DNA of 63,834 nucleotides, the filler included. It is 8 parts of 8 records of this genome, joined end to end, with 100 filler letters (N's around TTAATTAATTAA, not from the genome) between each part and the next. Parts side by side here need not be neighbours in the genome. Positions count along the whole stretch, not along the records: positions 43,723 to 49,731 come from SRR31156797_41941; positions 49,832 to 58,385 come from SRR31156797_41967; 6 more parts are not named here. One strand, 5' to 3'. Below are positions 47,376-57,641 of this stretch, in pieces. Both the position numbers and the translations under genes were made by a program. Under the pieces are notes generated by a model. It did not search any database. It saw only the letters and a program-made list of their open reading frames with translations, and was not told where the DNA came from. Every line of letters begins with the position of its first letter. Positions within the stretch are counted from its first letter, which is position 1.

Positions 47376-48806
47376 TCAATCCCGGACAAGAGGGAAGGTC
47401 AGAACAAAAAGAGACCCTTTTCCAGGGTCACTGTCCACTGAAACGGTCCCTTTGTGGGCCTGGACAACAGCTTTAACCAGGGAAAGCCCAAGGCCCAGGC
47501 CTTTGGTGCTCCGGCTTTGGTCGCCCCGGTACAGGCGGTCGAAAATCCTGGTCATATCCCCGGCAGAAATGCCCATTCCCATATCCGAAACCTTGATTTG
47601 GATGGCATCCCGGGTTGTTTGAGCGGCAATGGTTATCCTGGTGCCGGCCGGAGCGTATTTTACGGCGTTATCCACCAGATTGCACACAGCCTGCTTGATC
47701 CGGCCCGGGTCCGCATTCAAAACCAGTCCCGGTGGACATGAAGACACCAGGGATATGCCTTTATTCCCGGCAGTATCGGTATAGATATCCATGACCTCAT
47801 CAAAAAGGGAAGACAGGGCTATGGGAGTAAAGTGAAGCCTCATCACCCCGGTTTCCGCCTCTGAAATATCCATAAGGGTTGTAAGCATCCTTGATATCCT
47901 CTGGGATTCCTCGGCACAGTCAAACAGGGCTTCTTTGAGCTTACCGGAATCCTCTTCCATGGCGTTGCGTTCAATGGCGATCCGCATTCGGGTCAAAGGG
48001 GTCCTCAGGTCGTGGGCCACATTATCCAGGGCGTCTTTCATGGCCTTGATCAACCCTTCATTGCGATCCAGCATCCTGTTGAACTGTTCTGTAAGCCCTG
48101 CCAGTTCGCCTTCCCTGCCGGTCAATGGAATCCTTGCCTGTATCCGGCCGTCGACCACACGGTCGACAGTTTTTTCCAGGGCCCGGATCGGTGCCATGGA
48201 CCGCCAGGCCATAATCCCTCCCATGGCGGCACTGATAAGGACAACCAGGATCATCACCCAGAGAAAAATATCCCTGAAGGATTCAAGGTATTCCTCTCTT
48301 GATTCTGCGGAATAACCCAGCCATATGCGATGTCCGCCGACCAGTTTCCTCACGCGTATCTCCAGTTCGTCATGCCCGGTTTCGTCCTGGCCCATACGGA
48401 GATAACGATCTGTTGTCATATAGTACCAAAAATCACCGGGATCAAAGCCAAGCAGGGCCCGGATCTCTTTTCTGTCAAAATCCTGCCAGCCATGGGGCAT
48501 GGTAATGTGGAGAATGGTATCCTCCGGGTCCGCAACCATGACAAACCACCCCTCTGCCATATGGGCCAGGCGTTCCTGCTGCAGGAGGTTGACAAGATGA
48601 GCCGCTCCTTTTGTTTCGGCATCCAACCCATATTTTTCAATCAATCCCGTTACGATCTGTCTGTCCCGGTGCAGAATCGAGGTTTCCAGAATAAAAAACC
48701 CGGCAAGGAACAACCCCAGCCAGGAGACGATAAAAATCAAGGCATACCAGACGGTCAGCTTAACCTCGATACGGCGAAAAATTCTATTGTTCGGGTTTGA
48801 GGGCAT
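47376..48806 (-). CDS. Sensor histidine kinase (HAMP, CusS/CzcS-like)
   Basis: Two TM segments, HAMP, NVAHDLRTPL, NLVDNAVKY, GLGLGL. Confidence 0.93.
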   Translation of the reverse strand: MPSNPNNRIFRRIEVKLTVWYALIFIVSWLGLFLAGFFILETSILHRDRQIVTGLIEKYGLDAETKGAAHLVNLLQQERLAHMAEGWFVMVADPEDTILHITMPHGWQDFDRKEIRALLGFDPGDFWYYMTTDRYLRMGQDETGHDELEIRVRKLVGGHRIWLGYSAESREEYLESFRDIFLWVMILVVLISAAMGGIMAWRSMAPIRALEKTVDRVVDGRIQARIPLTGREGELAGLTEQFNRMLDRNEGLIKAMKDALDNVAHDLRTPLTRMRIAIERNAMEEDSGKLKEALFDCAEESQRISRMLTTLMDISEAETGVMRLHFTPIALSSLFDEVMDIYTDTAGNKGISLVSSCPPGLVLNADPGRIKQAVCNLVDNAVKYAPAGTRITIAAQTTRDAIQIKVSDMGMGISAGDMTRIFDRLYRGDQSRSTKGLGLGLSLVKAVVQAHKGTVSVDSDPGKGSLFVLTFPLVRD

Positions 48807-49461
48807 AACCGACTCCCCTGAGCGTGATCAGCATTTTATGGTCATACGCTTTATCTATTTTTGCCCTCAGCCGGCATACCAGGACATCCACGGCATTGGT
48901 CTGGGGATCAAAATCATACCCCCATATGCGCTCGAGAATAGCGGTTTTGGAAACAGCCTGCCCCGGGTGCTGCATGAGGTAGCGAAGCAGGGAAAATTCC
49001 CTGGGCTGAAGGTCGATGTCCTGTCCATCCCGGGTCGCTTCCCGGGTCAGAAGATCCAGTTCAAGGCCTCCGACCCTCAGGGAGGACGGGGCCGCTGTAC
49101 CGCCGGCTCGCCTCAGCAGCGCCTGGACCCGTGCAAGAAGCTCTGAAAAGGAAAAAGGCTTGGTGAGGTAATCGTCCGCCCCGGTCTGCAGCCCGGTGAT
49201 CCGGTCTTCCACATGGCGTCTGGCACTCAGAATGATCACCGGAGTATTGATACCCGAAGATCTAATCTTTTGGATGATTTCCAGCCCGCTGATTCCCGGC
49301 AACATCACATCGAAAATACCGGCATCATAGGACTCGGTCAAAGCCAGATGAAGGCCGTCCGTGCCGGTATCGGCCTGATCCACGGTAAATCCAGATTCCT
49401 TTAATCCCCTGGCAATAAAGTTGGAAATGGTTTTATCGTCTTCAACAACAAGAATTCGCAT
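48784..49461 (-). CDS. OmpR-family response regulator (CusR/CopR-like)
   Basis: MRILVVEDD, GADDYLTKPFSFSEL, WGYDFDPQTNAVDV. Confidence 0.94.
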   Translation of the reverse strand: MRILVVEDDKTISNFIARGLKESGFTVDQADTGTDGLHLALTESYDAGIFDVMLPGISGLEIIQKIRSSGINTPVIILSARRHVEDRITGLQTGADDYLTKPFSFSELLARVQALLRRAGGTAAPSSLRVGGLELDLLTREATRDGQDIDLQPREFSLLRYLMQHPGQAVSKTAILERIWGYDFDPQTNAVDVLVCRLRAKIDKAYDHKMLITLRGVGYALKPEQ

Positions 49462-49551
49462 TTTATTATCCCGATTGTTCATCATTCAGTGGTATGCATG
49501 GACTTAAAGTATAAAAAACTCACCCCGGAAATGTCAAACCGTCCCTGCTAC

Positions 49552-49579
49552 CTTTCAAAATTGTAATCCCGGGGTAATC
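49552..49579 (+). promoter_or_regulatory. CopR/CusR-like response-regulator box
   Basis: CTTTCAAAATTGTAATC followed by a further GTAATC one helical turn later. Confidence 0.7.
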
Positions 49580-49731
49580 CGAAAGCTTTTTATCCATTGA
49601 TCCTAAAAATTCCTTGGGGAGCAGGTTTCCGGATTTGCTCACAGGTCAGAGTGGCGGTTGAACCCGGCCATTTTTAAAATTTTTACGGCGATACCCCGGG
49701 GGCATATGTTGCCACCACCTCTTTTGTAATA

Positions 49732-49831
49732 NNNNNNNNNNNNNNNNNNNNNNNNNNNNNNNNNNNNNNNNNNNNTTAATTAATTAANNNNNNNNNNNNN
49801 NNNNNNNNNNNNNNNNNNNNNNNNNNNNNNN
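49732..49831. other. Artificial contig linker
   Basis: N run, TTAATTAATTAA, N run. Confidence 0.99.
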
Positions 49832-49897
49832 TTGGGTTAGCGTAGCGTAACCCAACATCTTGAAATCGTTGGATTGCGCTACGCTAACCCAATCTGC
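49832..49897. repeat. REP doublet (REPIN/BIME-like)
   Basis: TTGGGTTAGCGTAGCGTAACCCAAC and its inverted, slightly diverged copy GTTGGATTGCGCTACGCTAACCCAATCTGC. Each is a hairpin; the second carries a GCAG (GTAG-like) foot. Confidence 0.8.
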
Positions 49898-49931
49898 GAA
49901 AAATACAAATTGTTTACACTGTAAATTATAG

Positions 49932-49967
49932 AGGCGGGGAATGCCTGACATTCTCCGCCTGTTTTTT
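49932..49967. terminator. Intrinsic terminator hairpin
   Basis: AGGCGGGGAATG / CATTCTCCGCCT followed by GTTTTTT. Confidence 0.6.
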
Positions 49968-50005
49968 ATCCGGGGCAGTTTGAGGTTTAGGCGGCGGTCG
50001 CCTTT

Positions 50006-50446
50006 TTACCCGTCTTCCTGGCAATCGGGGCAAAGGCCGTAAAAATCGAGGCGATGCCTGTCGATTCTGAATCCTGATTTTTCTGCTATTTCGTCAGTCA
50101 GCGATTTCATGGAAGGCGATTCCGGATCTTCTATTCTGCCGCATCTGGTGCAGATTACATGAGGGTGAGAATACGGCTTCCTCCCGTCGTACCTGCTTCC
50201 GTTGTCCGCAAATCCCAGTTCCAGCAATTCTCCCATGGATTTGAGCAAACTTACTGTTTTGTAAACAGTGGCCAGGCTCATAGTGGGAAAACCAGGCCTG
50301 ACCTGCTCATAGATATCTTCAATGCTCGGATGGTCCTTGCTTTCGGTTAGTATTCGCAGCACGGCTATTCGTTGAGGCGTTAGCCTGAAGCCTTCTTCCT
50401 TGAGCCTGTCCGTCAGGTAGTGCATTCGTTGTTGGGAATCGACCAA
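50006..50446 (-). CDS. perR: Fur-family regulator, PerR-like
   Basis: RLTPQR, HPS, SLATVYKT, RYD, HPHVICTRCG.I.D, CPDC. Confidence 0.8.
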   Translation of the reverse strand: MVDSQQRMHYLTDRLKEEGFRLTPQRIAVLRILTESKDHPSIEDIYEQVRPGFPTMSLATVYKTVSLLKSMGELLELGFADNGSRYDGRKPYSHPHVICTRCGRIEDPESPSMKSLTDEIAEKSGFRIDRHRLDFYGLCPDCQEDG

Positions 50447-50503
50447 TATATTCGCCCCACCCGCGATTTATCAGCGGGCTTTTCCTCTCATCAGCATTGG
50501 TTT

Positions 50504-50554
50504 CTTATTAATAATCATTATCCATTAGATACCAGTGAGCTTGGCGTCTGTCAA
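50504..50554 (-). promoter_or_regulatory. perR promoter with a Fur/Per box
   Basis: Minus strand TTGACA-17-TATCTA followed by GATAATGATTATTAATAAG. Confidence 0.55.
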
Positions 50555-50652
50555 TAAGGGTGTTTAATTAATAGAGCCGGGGCGATTAAGCCCCGGCCGG
50601 TTCAGGGTTTGGAGGGTATGTATTCTTCCCGTTAGGAAGCTGAGAGAACTCT

Positions 50653-53600
50653 TTAATTCCCCGGCTGCCCGGCGGCATGTCCGAGGGCGTCAGGTTCCTG
50701 ATCCTGGATGGCCTTTTCTTCCGGTTCTTTTTCCTCACTGCGGAAAAAGGCGAAGAAATCTTCAAAAATAAGATACAGCGTGGGCACGAGCACCAGGGTG
50801 ATGAGCGTGGCGAAGATTATCCCGAAACCGAGTGATATGGCCATGGGAATCATAAACCTGGCTTGCCGTGAAGTTTCAAAGATCATGGGGGCCAATCCGC
50901 CGAAGGTTGTCAGGGTAGTGAGCAGGATTGGGCGGAAACGGTGTATGCCGGAGGCGTGAATTGCTTCGAAGACTGGAAGTCCGGAAGCCTTTCTGCGGTT
51001 GGCGAAGTCTATTAGAATAAGTGAGTCGTTTACCACCACGCCGGATAGGGCGACCACGCCGAAGAGGCTCATTACGGAAAGGGAATAGCCCATGATCATG
51101 TGGCCGGCTACAACTCCGACAAAACCGAAGGGAATGCAGGCCATAATGATAAAAGGTTGGGCAAAGCTTCTGAAGGGTATGGCCAGCATGGCGTAAATGA
51201 CCATGAGAGCCATGATGAGCCCGTTAAACAGGCTGTCCACGCTTTCCTGCTGGTCGGCCTGCCTCCCCTGGAAAGAATAGGTAAGGCCTGGATATTTATT
51301 CTGCAGCGCCGGCAGCACGTCTTCTTTGAGCACGGCGATAACCTGGTTGGACTGCGACCTGGGAAAGACGTCCGCGGTCACGGAAATGGTGCGCCTGCCG
51401 TCACGGCGGCCGATGGATGTGTACGCCCGGCCCTGGTCCATGGTTACGACGTCCCTGAGCATTGTTTCGCCGCCGGCCGGGAGCCTGATGATCATGTCTT
51501 CCAGAGATGATTCGGATATTCTTTCATTCTTGGGACGCCGAACAACTATGGTAACTTCGTTTCTTCCCCGTTGAAGCTTCAGGGCGTCTGCGCCGTAAAA
51601 GGAATGCCGGACCTGTGTTGCCACATTTTGTGAAGTCAGCCCCAGGCGCTCGCCTTCCGGTTTCATCTGAAAGTCGAACTGTTTCTTGCCCTGAGCCGAA
51701 CCGTCGTCGATATCCTTTACCTTTGGGAACTCGGCCAGTCTGGCGGCCAGGTCGTATCCGGCCGCGTTAAGCGCGGGTATGTTGCGGTGGCTGAGTTCCA
51801 CGGTCAGGCTTTTTCCCGAACCGGGTCCGCCCCGGTCCGATTCAAAGGACAGGTTTTCCAACCCCGGGATTTCACCAACTTCCTTTCGCCAGGCCATGGT
51901 CAGATCAGTGGTGCTCATGGGCCGGACATCGTAAGGCGTCAGGTAGACTCTGGCGGTAACTACATTTTCACTGACTATGGCGAATATTCCCTTGCTCAGC
52001 TGATCGCCGCCGTTTTGCTCAACGATTTTGTTTGCGGCGTCGACAAGCATGTTCATGACGGCCGCCGTTCTGGATTCGGCGCTGCCGTACGGCAATGTCG
52101 CTGAAACGTAGGCAAAGTTTGATTCCGTCCTGGGCATGAGGGTCATACCCATGCGGCCGCTGAAGACGTATCCGCCGGTAATGATGAGAAGGGCGAGTCC
52201 GATGCTGAAGGCCGTGTAACGCCTTTTTAGGGCGAAAGCGAGGAAAGGACCGTAGTAATTGGATATAAACCGGGTAAAGGCGGCGCTGAATTTTTGCTGC
52301 TGTCTTACAATCCAGCCAAACAGGCCCCGGGAATTTTTATCCGGTTTTTGATGTCCGAGGTGAGCGGGCAGGATAAACAGCGATTCCACCAGTGATATGG
52401 CAAAAACCGTGATGACGACCATGGGGATGACCTTGAATATTTTACCCATTATGCCTGGTATGAAATAGAGCGGCATAAAGGCCACGATATTGGTCAGCAC
52501 CGCAAAGGTCACCGGCATGGCTATTTCCCTGGCGCCCTGGCATGCGGCTTCGAAATAGGATGCTCCTTGCTGTCTCAGATAGTATATGTTTTCACCCACA
52601 ACGATGGCGTCGTCCACAACAATGCCCAGGGTGACTATAAAGCCGAACATGGATATCATGTTGATGGAGAAATCGGTCGGGGAGAGCAGCAGAAAGGATC
52701 CCAGAACAGATATGGGAATGCCCAGGCTTACCCAGAAGGCCAGCCTGATTTCCAGGAACAAGGCCAGGAAAACAAAAACAAGGGCAAGTCCGATATAGGC
52801 GTTTTTAAGCAGGAGTTCGGCCCTTTCCTTGTAGATGTCGGACCTGTCTCTTATAAGGTCAATATCAACGCCGCGGGGCAGACCAGCTTTAAACCCGGTC
52901 ATGCGTTGTTTGGCTGCGTCCGCGACCGTGATGGGGGTCTGATCGCCGATGCGATATACATTCACCAGGACGGCGGGCTGGCCGTTAAAAGTTCCATAGG
53001 TGTCGGATTCGGTAAAACCTTCCTTGATTTCGGCAATGTCCTCGAGCAGCACCCTGGAACCGTCGTCAAGCGTGATTATGGGGATCCGGGCGTATTCCAC
53101 GGCCAGGTCGCGTCGTTCCTTCATTCTGACCAGGACTTCGCCGCCTTCCGTTTTGAGGCTGCCGCCCGGAAGTTCAACAGATACGTTCCGAATGCGGGTT
53201 GCGATGTCCGACAAGGTGAGATTGTACCTGCGAAGGTTTTCCTGGGGAACTTCCACGTGTATTTCAAAGTCGCGAACCCCCTCAAGTTCAACCTGTGTTA
53301 TTGATGGGTCCTGAAGCAGGTCGTCTCTGAATTCTTCGGCGATTTCCCTGAGTACAGCTTCTTTCTGGGGGCCGTATACGACAAAGTTGAGGACTTCCCG
53401 CTTTCTGGAAGCAACGTTAATTCGAGGTTCTTCCGCTTCATCCGGGAAAGTTGTTATGGCGTCCACTTCGCTTTCAACATCGGAAGCAAGAACTCTCAGG
53501 TCAAAGCCTTCAATGGCTTCTACGGAAACCTTGGCCGACCCTTCGTAAGCGGTGGATTTTATTTCATCGACTCCATCAAGACCCTGGACCGCGTCTTCAA

Positions 53601-53829
53601 TGGCCAGGATGATGCCCCGTTCGACTTCTTCGGGGCTGGCGCCGGGGTAGCTGACTCTTACGTCGACTATGTCGCTGGAGAATTCGGGAAAGACTTCCTG
53701 TTTTATCTGGGCGCCTATTAATAGTCCTCCGACCAACAGTATCAGCATCAGCAGGTTGGCGGCGACTGAATTGCCGGCCATCCAGGCTATGGGGCCTTTC
53801 TTTATTTCACGATTGTCTTGCTGGTTCAT
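50653..53829 (-). CDS. RND efflux permease (AcrB/HAE-like)
   Basis: YPGASPEEVE, GIVVDDAIVVGEN, GVVVNDS, RFRPILLT. Confidence 0.95.
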   Translation of the reverse strand: MNQQDNREIKKGPIAWMAGNSVAANLLMLILLVGGLLIGAQIKQEVFPEFSSDIVDVRVSYPGASPEEVERGIILAIEDAVQGLDGVDEIKSTAYEGSAKVSVEAIEGFDLRVLASDVESEVDAITTFPDEAEEPRINVASRKREVLNFVVYGPQKEAVLREIAEEFRDDLLQDPSITQVELEGVRDFEIHVEVPQENLRRYNLTLSDIATRIRNVSVELPGGSLKTEGGEVLVRMKERRDLAVEYARIPIITLDDGSRVLLEDIAEIKEGFTESDTYGTFNGQPAVLVNVYRIGDQTPITVADAAKQRMTGFKAGLPRGVDIDLIRDRSDIYKERAELLLKNAYIGLALVFVFLALFLEIRLAFWVSLGIPISVLGSFLLLSPTDFSINMISMFGFIVTLGIVVDDAIVVGENIYYLRQQGASYFEAACQGAREIAMPVTFAVLTNIVAFMPLYFIPGIMGKIFKVIPMVVITVFAISLVESLFILPAHLGHQKPDKNSRGLFGWIVRQQQKFSAAFTRFISNYYGPFLAFALKRRYTAFSIGLALLIITGGYVFSGRMGMTLMPRTESNFAYVSATLPYGSAESRTAAVMNMLVDAANKIVEQNGGDQLSKGIFAIVSENVVTARVYLTPYDVRPMSTTDLTMAWRKEVGEIPGLENLSFESDRGGPGSGKSLTVELSHRNIPALNAAGYDLAARLAEFPKVKDIDDGSAQGKKQFDFQMKPEGERLGLTSQNVATQVRHSFYGADALKLQRGRNEVTIVVRRPKNERISESSLEDMIIRLPAGGETMLRDVVTMDQGRAYTSIGRRDGRRTISVTADVFPRSQSNQVIAVLKEDVLPALQNKYPGLTYSFQGRQADQQESVDSLFNGLIMALMVIYAMLAIPFRSFAQPFIIMACIPFGFVGVVAGHMIMGYSLSVMSLFGVVALSGVVVNDSLILIDFANRRKASGLPVFEAIHASGIHRFRPILLTTLTTFGGLAPMIFETSRQARFMIPMAISLGFGIIFATLITLVLVPTLYLIFEDFFAFFRSEEKEPEEKAIQDQEPDALGHAAGQPGN

Positions 53830-53835
53830 GGCTTA

Positions 53836-55056
53836 TTACGACTCTTTTCTCTTTTTACCGGCGGGCTTGTTCTTTTTTTCAACAGGCTTGTTCGTTTCCG
53901 GGCCGCCTTTGAGCCTTAATTCCATGCCGTTTACAGGCGCGGCCAGGTCTGTCGCGACTATTTTGTCTCCGGGTTTAATTCCCTGATTTACATAAATAAA
54001 ATCCTTGCTTTTCCAAACCGAACCCACAGGCTGCATGACCAGCTTGCCCTGTTTTAAAAGCCAGACCTGTTCGCCGTCGCGAAAGGCCGATCGGGGCAGG
54101 CGGATAATATTGTCAATCTGACGTCCTTGTATGGATACGGAAAGGTAGCTTCCCAAAAGCAGGCGGGACGAATTACGGCCCGTTTTCAGGTTAAGGGGGT
54201 CGTCCACGCTGATCAGTATTCTGGCCATGCGGCTTTGCGTGTTCATGTCGCCCAAAAGGCGGATGACTTCCCCTTGTCTTTCTACGCCGTCAGGAGTTTT
54301 GATTGTGACCGGGCTTCCCTTGTCTCCATTTTTGACCGGGATGTCGATCCAGTGAAGCTCGTCCACATGAACCGAGGCTTCAATCCAGAAAGAGTCCGTA
54401 CCGACCAGTTCGGCCAGTTTTTCCTGGGCCGAAACCTGCGAACCTGCGTCCACGGATCGTTCGGTGACCAGGCAATTGAACGGGGCTTTTATTTCTGTTC
54501 TTTTAAGATCAAGCTCGGCCTGCTCGAGGGCGACCTTGGCGGAATTAAGTTCGGCCCTGGCCTGGGCCATTTGGGGTTTGCGCAAGGCCAGGGATGTATC
54601 CTGGATTTTGTTTTTGGAAATGGATTTCATGAGGCGCACTTCGTTTTTCGCGACTTCCTTGCGTCCCTTTTCCAGTTGTATGTTGGCGTAGGCCTTGCTG
54701 ACCTGGCTCTTTTGTTTGCGGACGTCAAGCTCAAAATCCTCGGGATCTATTTTCAATATTAGATCGTCCTGGTTGAAGAGGCCTCCCGGTGTGAAATCGT
54801 CGGATATTTCCTTGACCTGCCCGCTGACCCTTGATTCAAGGGTGATGATACGGGAAGGCTTGACCGTTCCCATGGCGTTGATGACAATCCGGCTGCTTTC
54901 GGTCCTGGCTTCCATGATTTCCACCAGCGGCGTTTGCCGGACCGGCCTGGCTCTCCGCGCCTTGGGCTTGGTGGCAAGGAAGTGTCCGGCCACGGCCAGG
55001 CCGGCGGCGATAATTACCAGGGGAATGAGCGCTCTTAACAATTTTTTGATCCACAT
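53836..55056 (-). CDS. RND periplasmic adaptor (MFP)
   Basis: N-terminal TM, VSGQV lipoyl-like motif, coiled coil, IKAPF. Confidence 0.93.
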   Translation of the reverse strand: MWIKKLLRALIPLVIIAAGLAVAGHFLATKPKARRARPVRQTPLVEIMEARTESSRIVINAMGTVKPSRIITLESRVSGQVKEISDDFTPGGLFNQDDLILKIDPEDFELDVRKQKSQVSKAYANIQLEKGRKEVAKNEVRLMKSISKNKIQDTSLALRKPQMAQARAELNSAKVALEQAELDLKRTEIKAPFNCLVTERSVDAGSQVSAQEKLAELVGTDSFWIEASVHVDELHWIDIPVKNGDKGSPVTIKTPDGVERQGEVIRLLGDMNTQSRMARILISVDDPLNLKTGRNSSRLLLGSYLSVSIQGRQIDNIIRLPRSAFRDGEQVWLLKQGKLVMQPVGSVWKSKDFIYVNQGIKPGDKIVATDLAAPVNGMELRLKGGPETNKPVEKKNKPAGKKRKES

Positions 55057-55101
55057 AGTATATATTTCCTGTTCTTGTTTTCTAATTCCGCATTTCGGTG
55101 A

Positions 55102-56556
55102 TCAGACCTTGTCCTGATCGGTAGACGATTTCTCTTTGGCCGGGACTTCGTCGGCCAGTCCTTCCGGTGTGAGTCGACCGGTCCAGTTTCCGCCTAGAGC
55201 CCTGTAAAGGGAGACCCTGTATTTGAGAAGTGCGGCCCTTTGGGTGACCAGGTCCCTTTCCAGGTCCTGGACGCTGGTCAGGCCGGCCAGCATGTTGATA
55301 AAGTTGTCTTCCCCCTTGGCATAACGGCTCTGGGCTTCATCATATGCCATGCGGGCTGCTTCGAGCTGCCTTTTCAGGGCTTCTATATGTTCCAGTTGTC
55401 GGCGTTCATTGACCAGGGCGTCTTCAACTTCCCTGACCGCGGTGAGCACTGTTTTTTCGTAATTGGCCAGTCTTTCATCCACGACCGCTCTGGTGCGTTC
55501 GACTTCGGCCTTACGGCGGCCCGCATCGAATATGGGGCCGGTCAGGTTAGCGGCCAAATTGAGCAGCCAATTATTGAAAATGAGATTCAACTGGTCTCCC
55601 GAGTATTCAAACCGGCCGGTGAGGCTTAGGGTGGGCAGCCTGTCCGCCCTGGCCGCGGATACTTCCCAGTCCGAGGATTTAAGGCGCAGTCCGGCGGCGC
55701 GAACGTCGGGGCGCATGGCCAGAAGATCGGCGGGCAGTCCGGGTTCGGGCAGAGGAGTAAGCCCGGGCAGGTCGCTTTCGGAAATATCAATGGGAGCGCC
55801 CGGCGGTCTTCCCTGCAAAAGGGAAAGGGCGTGACGCAGGGTTTGTTCCTTTGCTTTAAGCGGAGGCATCTGGGCCTTGACCCTTGCCACGACTTCGCGC
55901 TGCTGCAAAACGTCAAGGGCATTTGCCAGGGCGTTTTGAAATCTTATTTCGAGCAATTCCAGGATCTGTGCGTTTGTCCCTGCCTGTCGTTCAAGAAGGT
56001 GAATCTGTTCGCGGGTGGAAAGCAGGTCGATCCAGGTGTTGACCACTTCCGAGGCCACTGTCATGGCTGCGGAATCAAGGTCGGCCCGCCCGGCCTGGAC
56101 TTTAAAATTTTCGGAAGTATTCAGAGAGCGGATGCGGCCCCATAGATCGATTTCGTAACTGGCGGCCAGTCCCAGTGAATAATCGTCCGTATTTGTTTCT
56201 ATGACCCTTTTATTATTGTCCGTCCTGGTCTCGGAATGGGTGGCGCCGGCTTCGATATTGACCTGGGGGTACAGGGAGGCGCCGGCTTTCGCGGCCGCTG
56301 CCCTGGCCTGGTTCAGGCGGGCCCAGGCTTCCCGGATAGTGAAATTGTCTCCCAGGGCCAGGCTTACAAATCCATTCAGATCATCACTTTGGAATCCTTC
56401 CCACCAGCGTCCCGGAGAGTCCAGGCCGGCTTCCGAATACATTTCATATTTGGACGGAAAGTCCCGGGGCACGGGGTTGTCCGGATCGGGCGCAAAAGGC
56501 GTGCAGGATTGAAGAAATATAAGGAATAATAAGGTTATATATTTGAAAAATTTCAT
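55102..56556 (-). CDS. Outer-membrane efflux lipoprotein (OprM/NodT family)
   Basis: Lipobox FLQSC, WWEGF, YEIDLWGR, RPDVRAA, LYRALGG.W. Confidence 0.94.
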   Translation of the reverse strand: MKFFKYITLLFLIFLQSCTPFAPDPDNPVPRDFPSKYEMYSEAGLDSPGRWWEGFQSDDLNGFVSLALGDNFTIREAWARLNQARAAAAKAGASLYPQVNIEAGATHSETRTDNNKRVIETNTDDYSLGLAASYEIDLWGRIRSLNTSENFKVQAGRADLDSAAMTVASEVVNTWIDLLSTREQIHLLERQAGTNAQILELLEIRFQNALANALDVLQQREVVARVKAQMPPLKAKEQTLRHALSLLQGRPPGAPIDISESDLPGLTPLPEPGLPADLLAMRPDVRAAGLRLKSSDWEVSAARADRLPTLSLTGRFEYSGDQLNLIFNNWLLNLAANLTGPIFDAGRRKAEVERTRAVVDERLANYEKTVLTAVREVEDALVNERRQLEHIEALKRQLEAARMAYDEAQSRYAKGEDNFINMLAGLTSVQDLERDLVTQRAALLKYRVSLYRALGGNWTGRLTPEGLADEVPAKEKSSTDQDKV

Positions 56557-56585
56557 TAATTCACCATTCACCGTTTGTTTGTATT

Positions 56586-57146
56586 TCAATATCCGTTTTC
56601 GTGTTCAATAAGCCGTTCTCTCAGGTTTTTCCGGCCCCGGACCAGCAGGGATTCGACGGCGGGAACGGACAGTTCCATTATTTTTGAAATCTCGGCATAG
56701 GAAAAACCTTCCGTATGCCGGAGCAATATGGCCGTACGTTGTTTTTCAGGCAACTCCGTAACCGCTTTTGACAGTGCCTCGATTTTTTCTTTCCGGTCCA
56801 GTGCATCCAAGGGCGTGTCTTCATGTACTATTTCGGGCGGTTCGGCCAAAAGGTCCGGCCGTTTTTTTCTTTCCAGGTCAATGCACAGGTTCCGGGTAAT
56901 TTTATATAAAAGGGATTTTACACTTCCCCCGGGATTGAAAGAACCCGCTGTCCTGAAAATCCTTAAAAACGTTTCCTGGGCCACGTCTCCCGCCTCATTG
57001 ATATCTCCTGAAAACCTGTAAGCATAATTAAGCATCTTGTCCTGGTATCGATTCAATAGTTCCCTGAAGGCTGATTCATTTTTTTCGGCAATGGCCTTTA
57101 TCAATTCAGTATCATCTGCGCCTGTCCATTTTTTACGAAATATCAT
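56586..57146 (-). CDS. ECF sigma-70 factor
   Basis: DVAQETFL, LYKITRNLCID, LPEKQR..L...EGFSY.EI...VES.L.RGR. Confidence 0.93.
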   Translation of the reverse strand: MIFRKKWTGADDTELIKAIAEKNESAFRELLNRYQDKMLNYAYRFSGDINEAGDVAQETFLRIFRTAGSFNPGGSVKSLLYKITRNLCIDLERKKRPDLLAEPPEIVHEDTPLDALDRKEKIEALSKAVTELPEKQRTAILLRHTEGFSYAEISKIMELSVPAVESLLVRGRKNLRERLIEHENGY

Positions 57147-57176
57147 ACAGCGTTCAGGTATAGCCGCGTATGGCGG

Positions 57177-57641
57177 TTATCTGTCTATTCTCTTATTTAA
57201 GTGTTCGACAATATTTCCGTAGAATTGTCGGGCCTGTTCCGGTGTCAGCACTTCCCTGACTTCAAGCATGTGCCGGAGGCGGTGTTCGGACTTTTTGATA
57301 TTATGGTCCTGCATATTTTTAAGGTGAGAAGCCAAATCCTTTTTATCCAAGGGGCCGGGCTTCTGCATCTTGGTCATTATTAAGACCAATTCCTGCAGCA
57401 AAAGTTTTTTATCTTCTCTCGATTCCTTTATTGTCTGCTCTACAAGGGCTCTTATTTTCCTGCTTTGCTCTTCATTAAGATCCAGATTTTCAAAGGCGCT
57501 CATGTCCTGCTTATAAGGCGAGCGGAATCGGGGACCGTCGCCGAAATGCCTGTCCACCATGGCGTGGCCGGCCGCCACCAGAAGGCCTATGTTCAGACAG
57601 ACTGAAAAGAGAATAAGAAAGCGTTTGACCGTGATATTCAC
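57177..57641 (-). CDS. Membrane-anchored periplasmic CpxP/Spy/CnrX-like sensor
   Basis: SVCLNIG TM anchor, LNEEQ and LTPEQ motifs, His/Met-containing helices. Confidence 0.8.
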   Translation of the reverse strand: MNITVKRFLILFSVCLNIGLLVAAGHAMVDRHFGDGPRFRSPYKQDMSAFENLDLNEEQSRKIRALVEQTIKESREDKKLLLQELVLIMTKMQKPGPLDKKDLASHLKNMQDHNIKKSEHRLRHMLEVREVLTPEQARQFYGNIVEHLNKRIDR

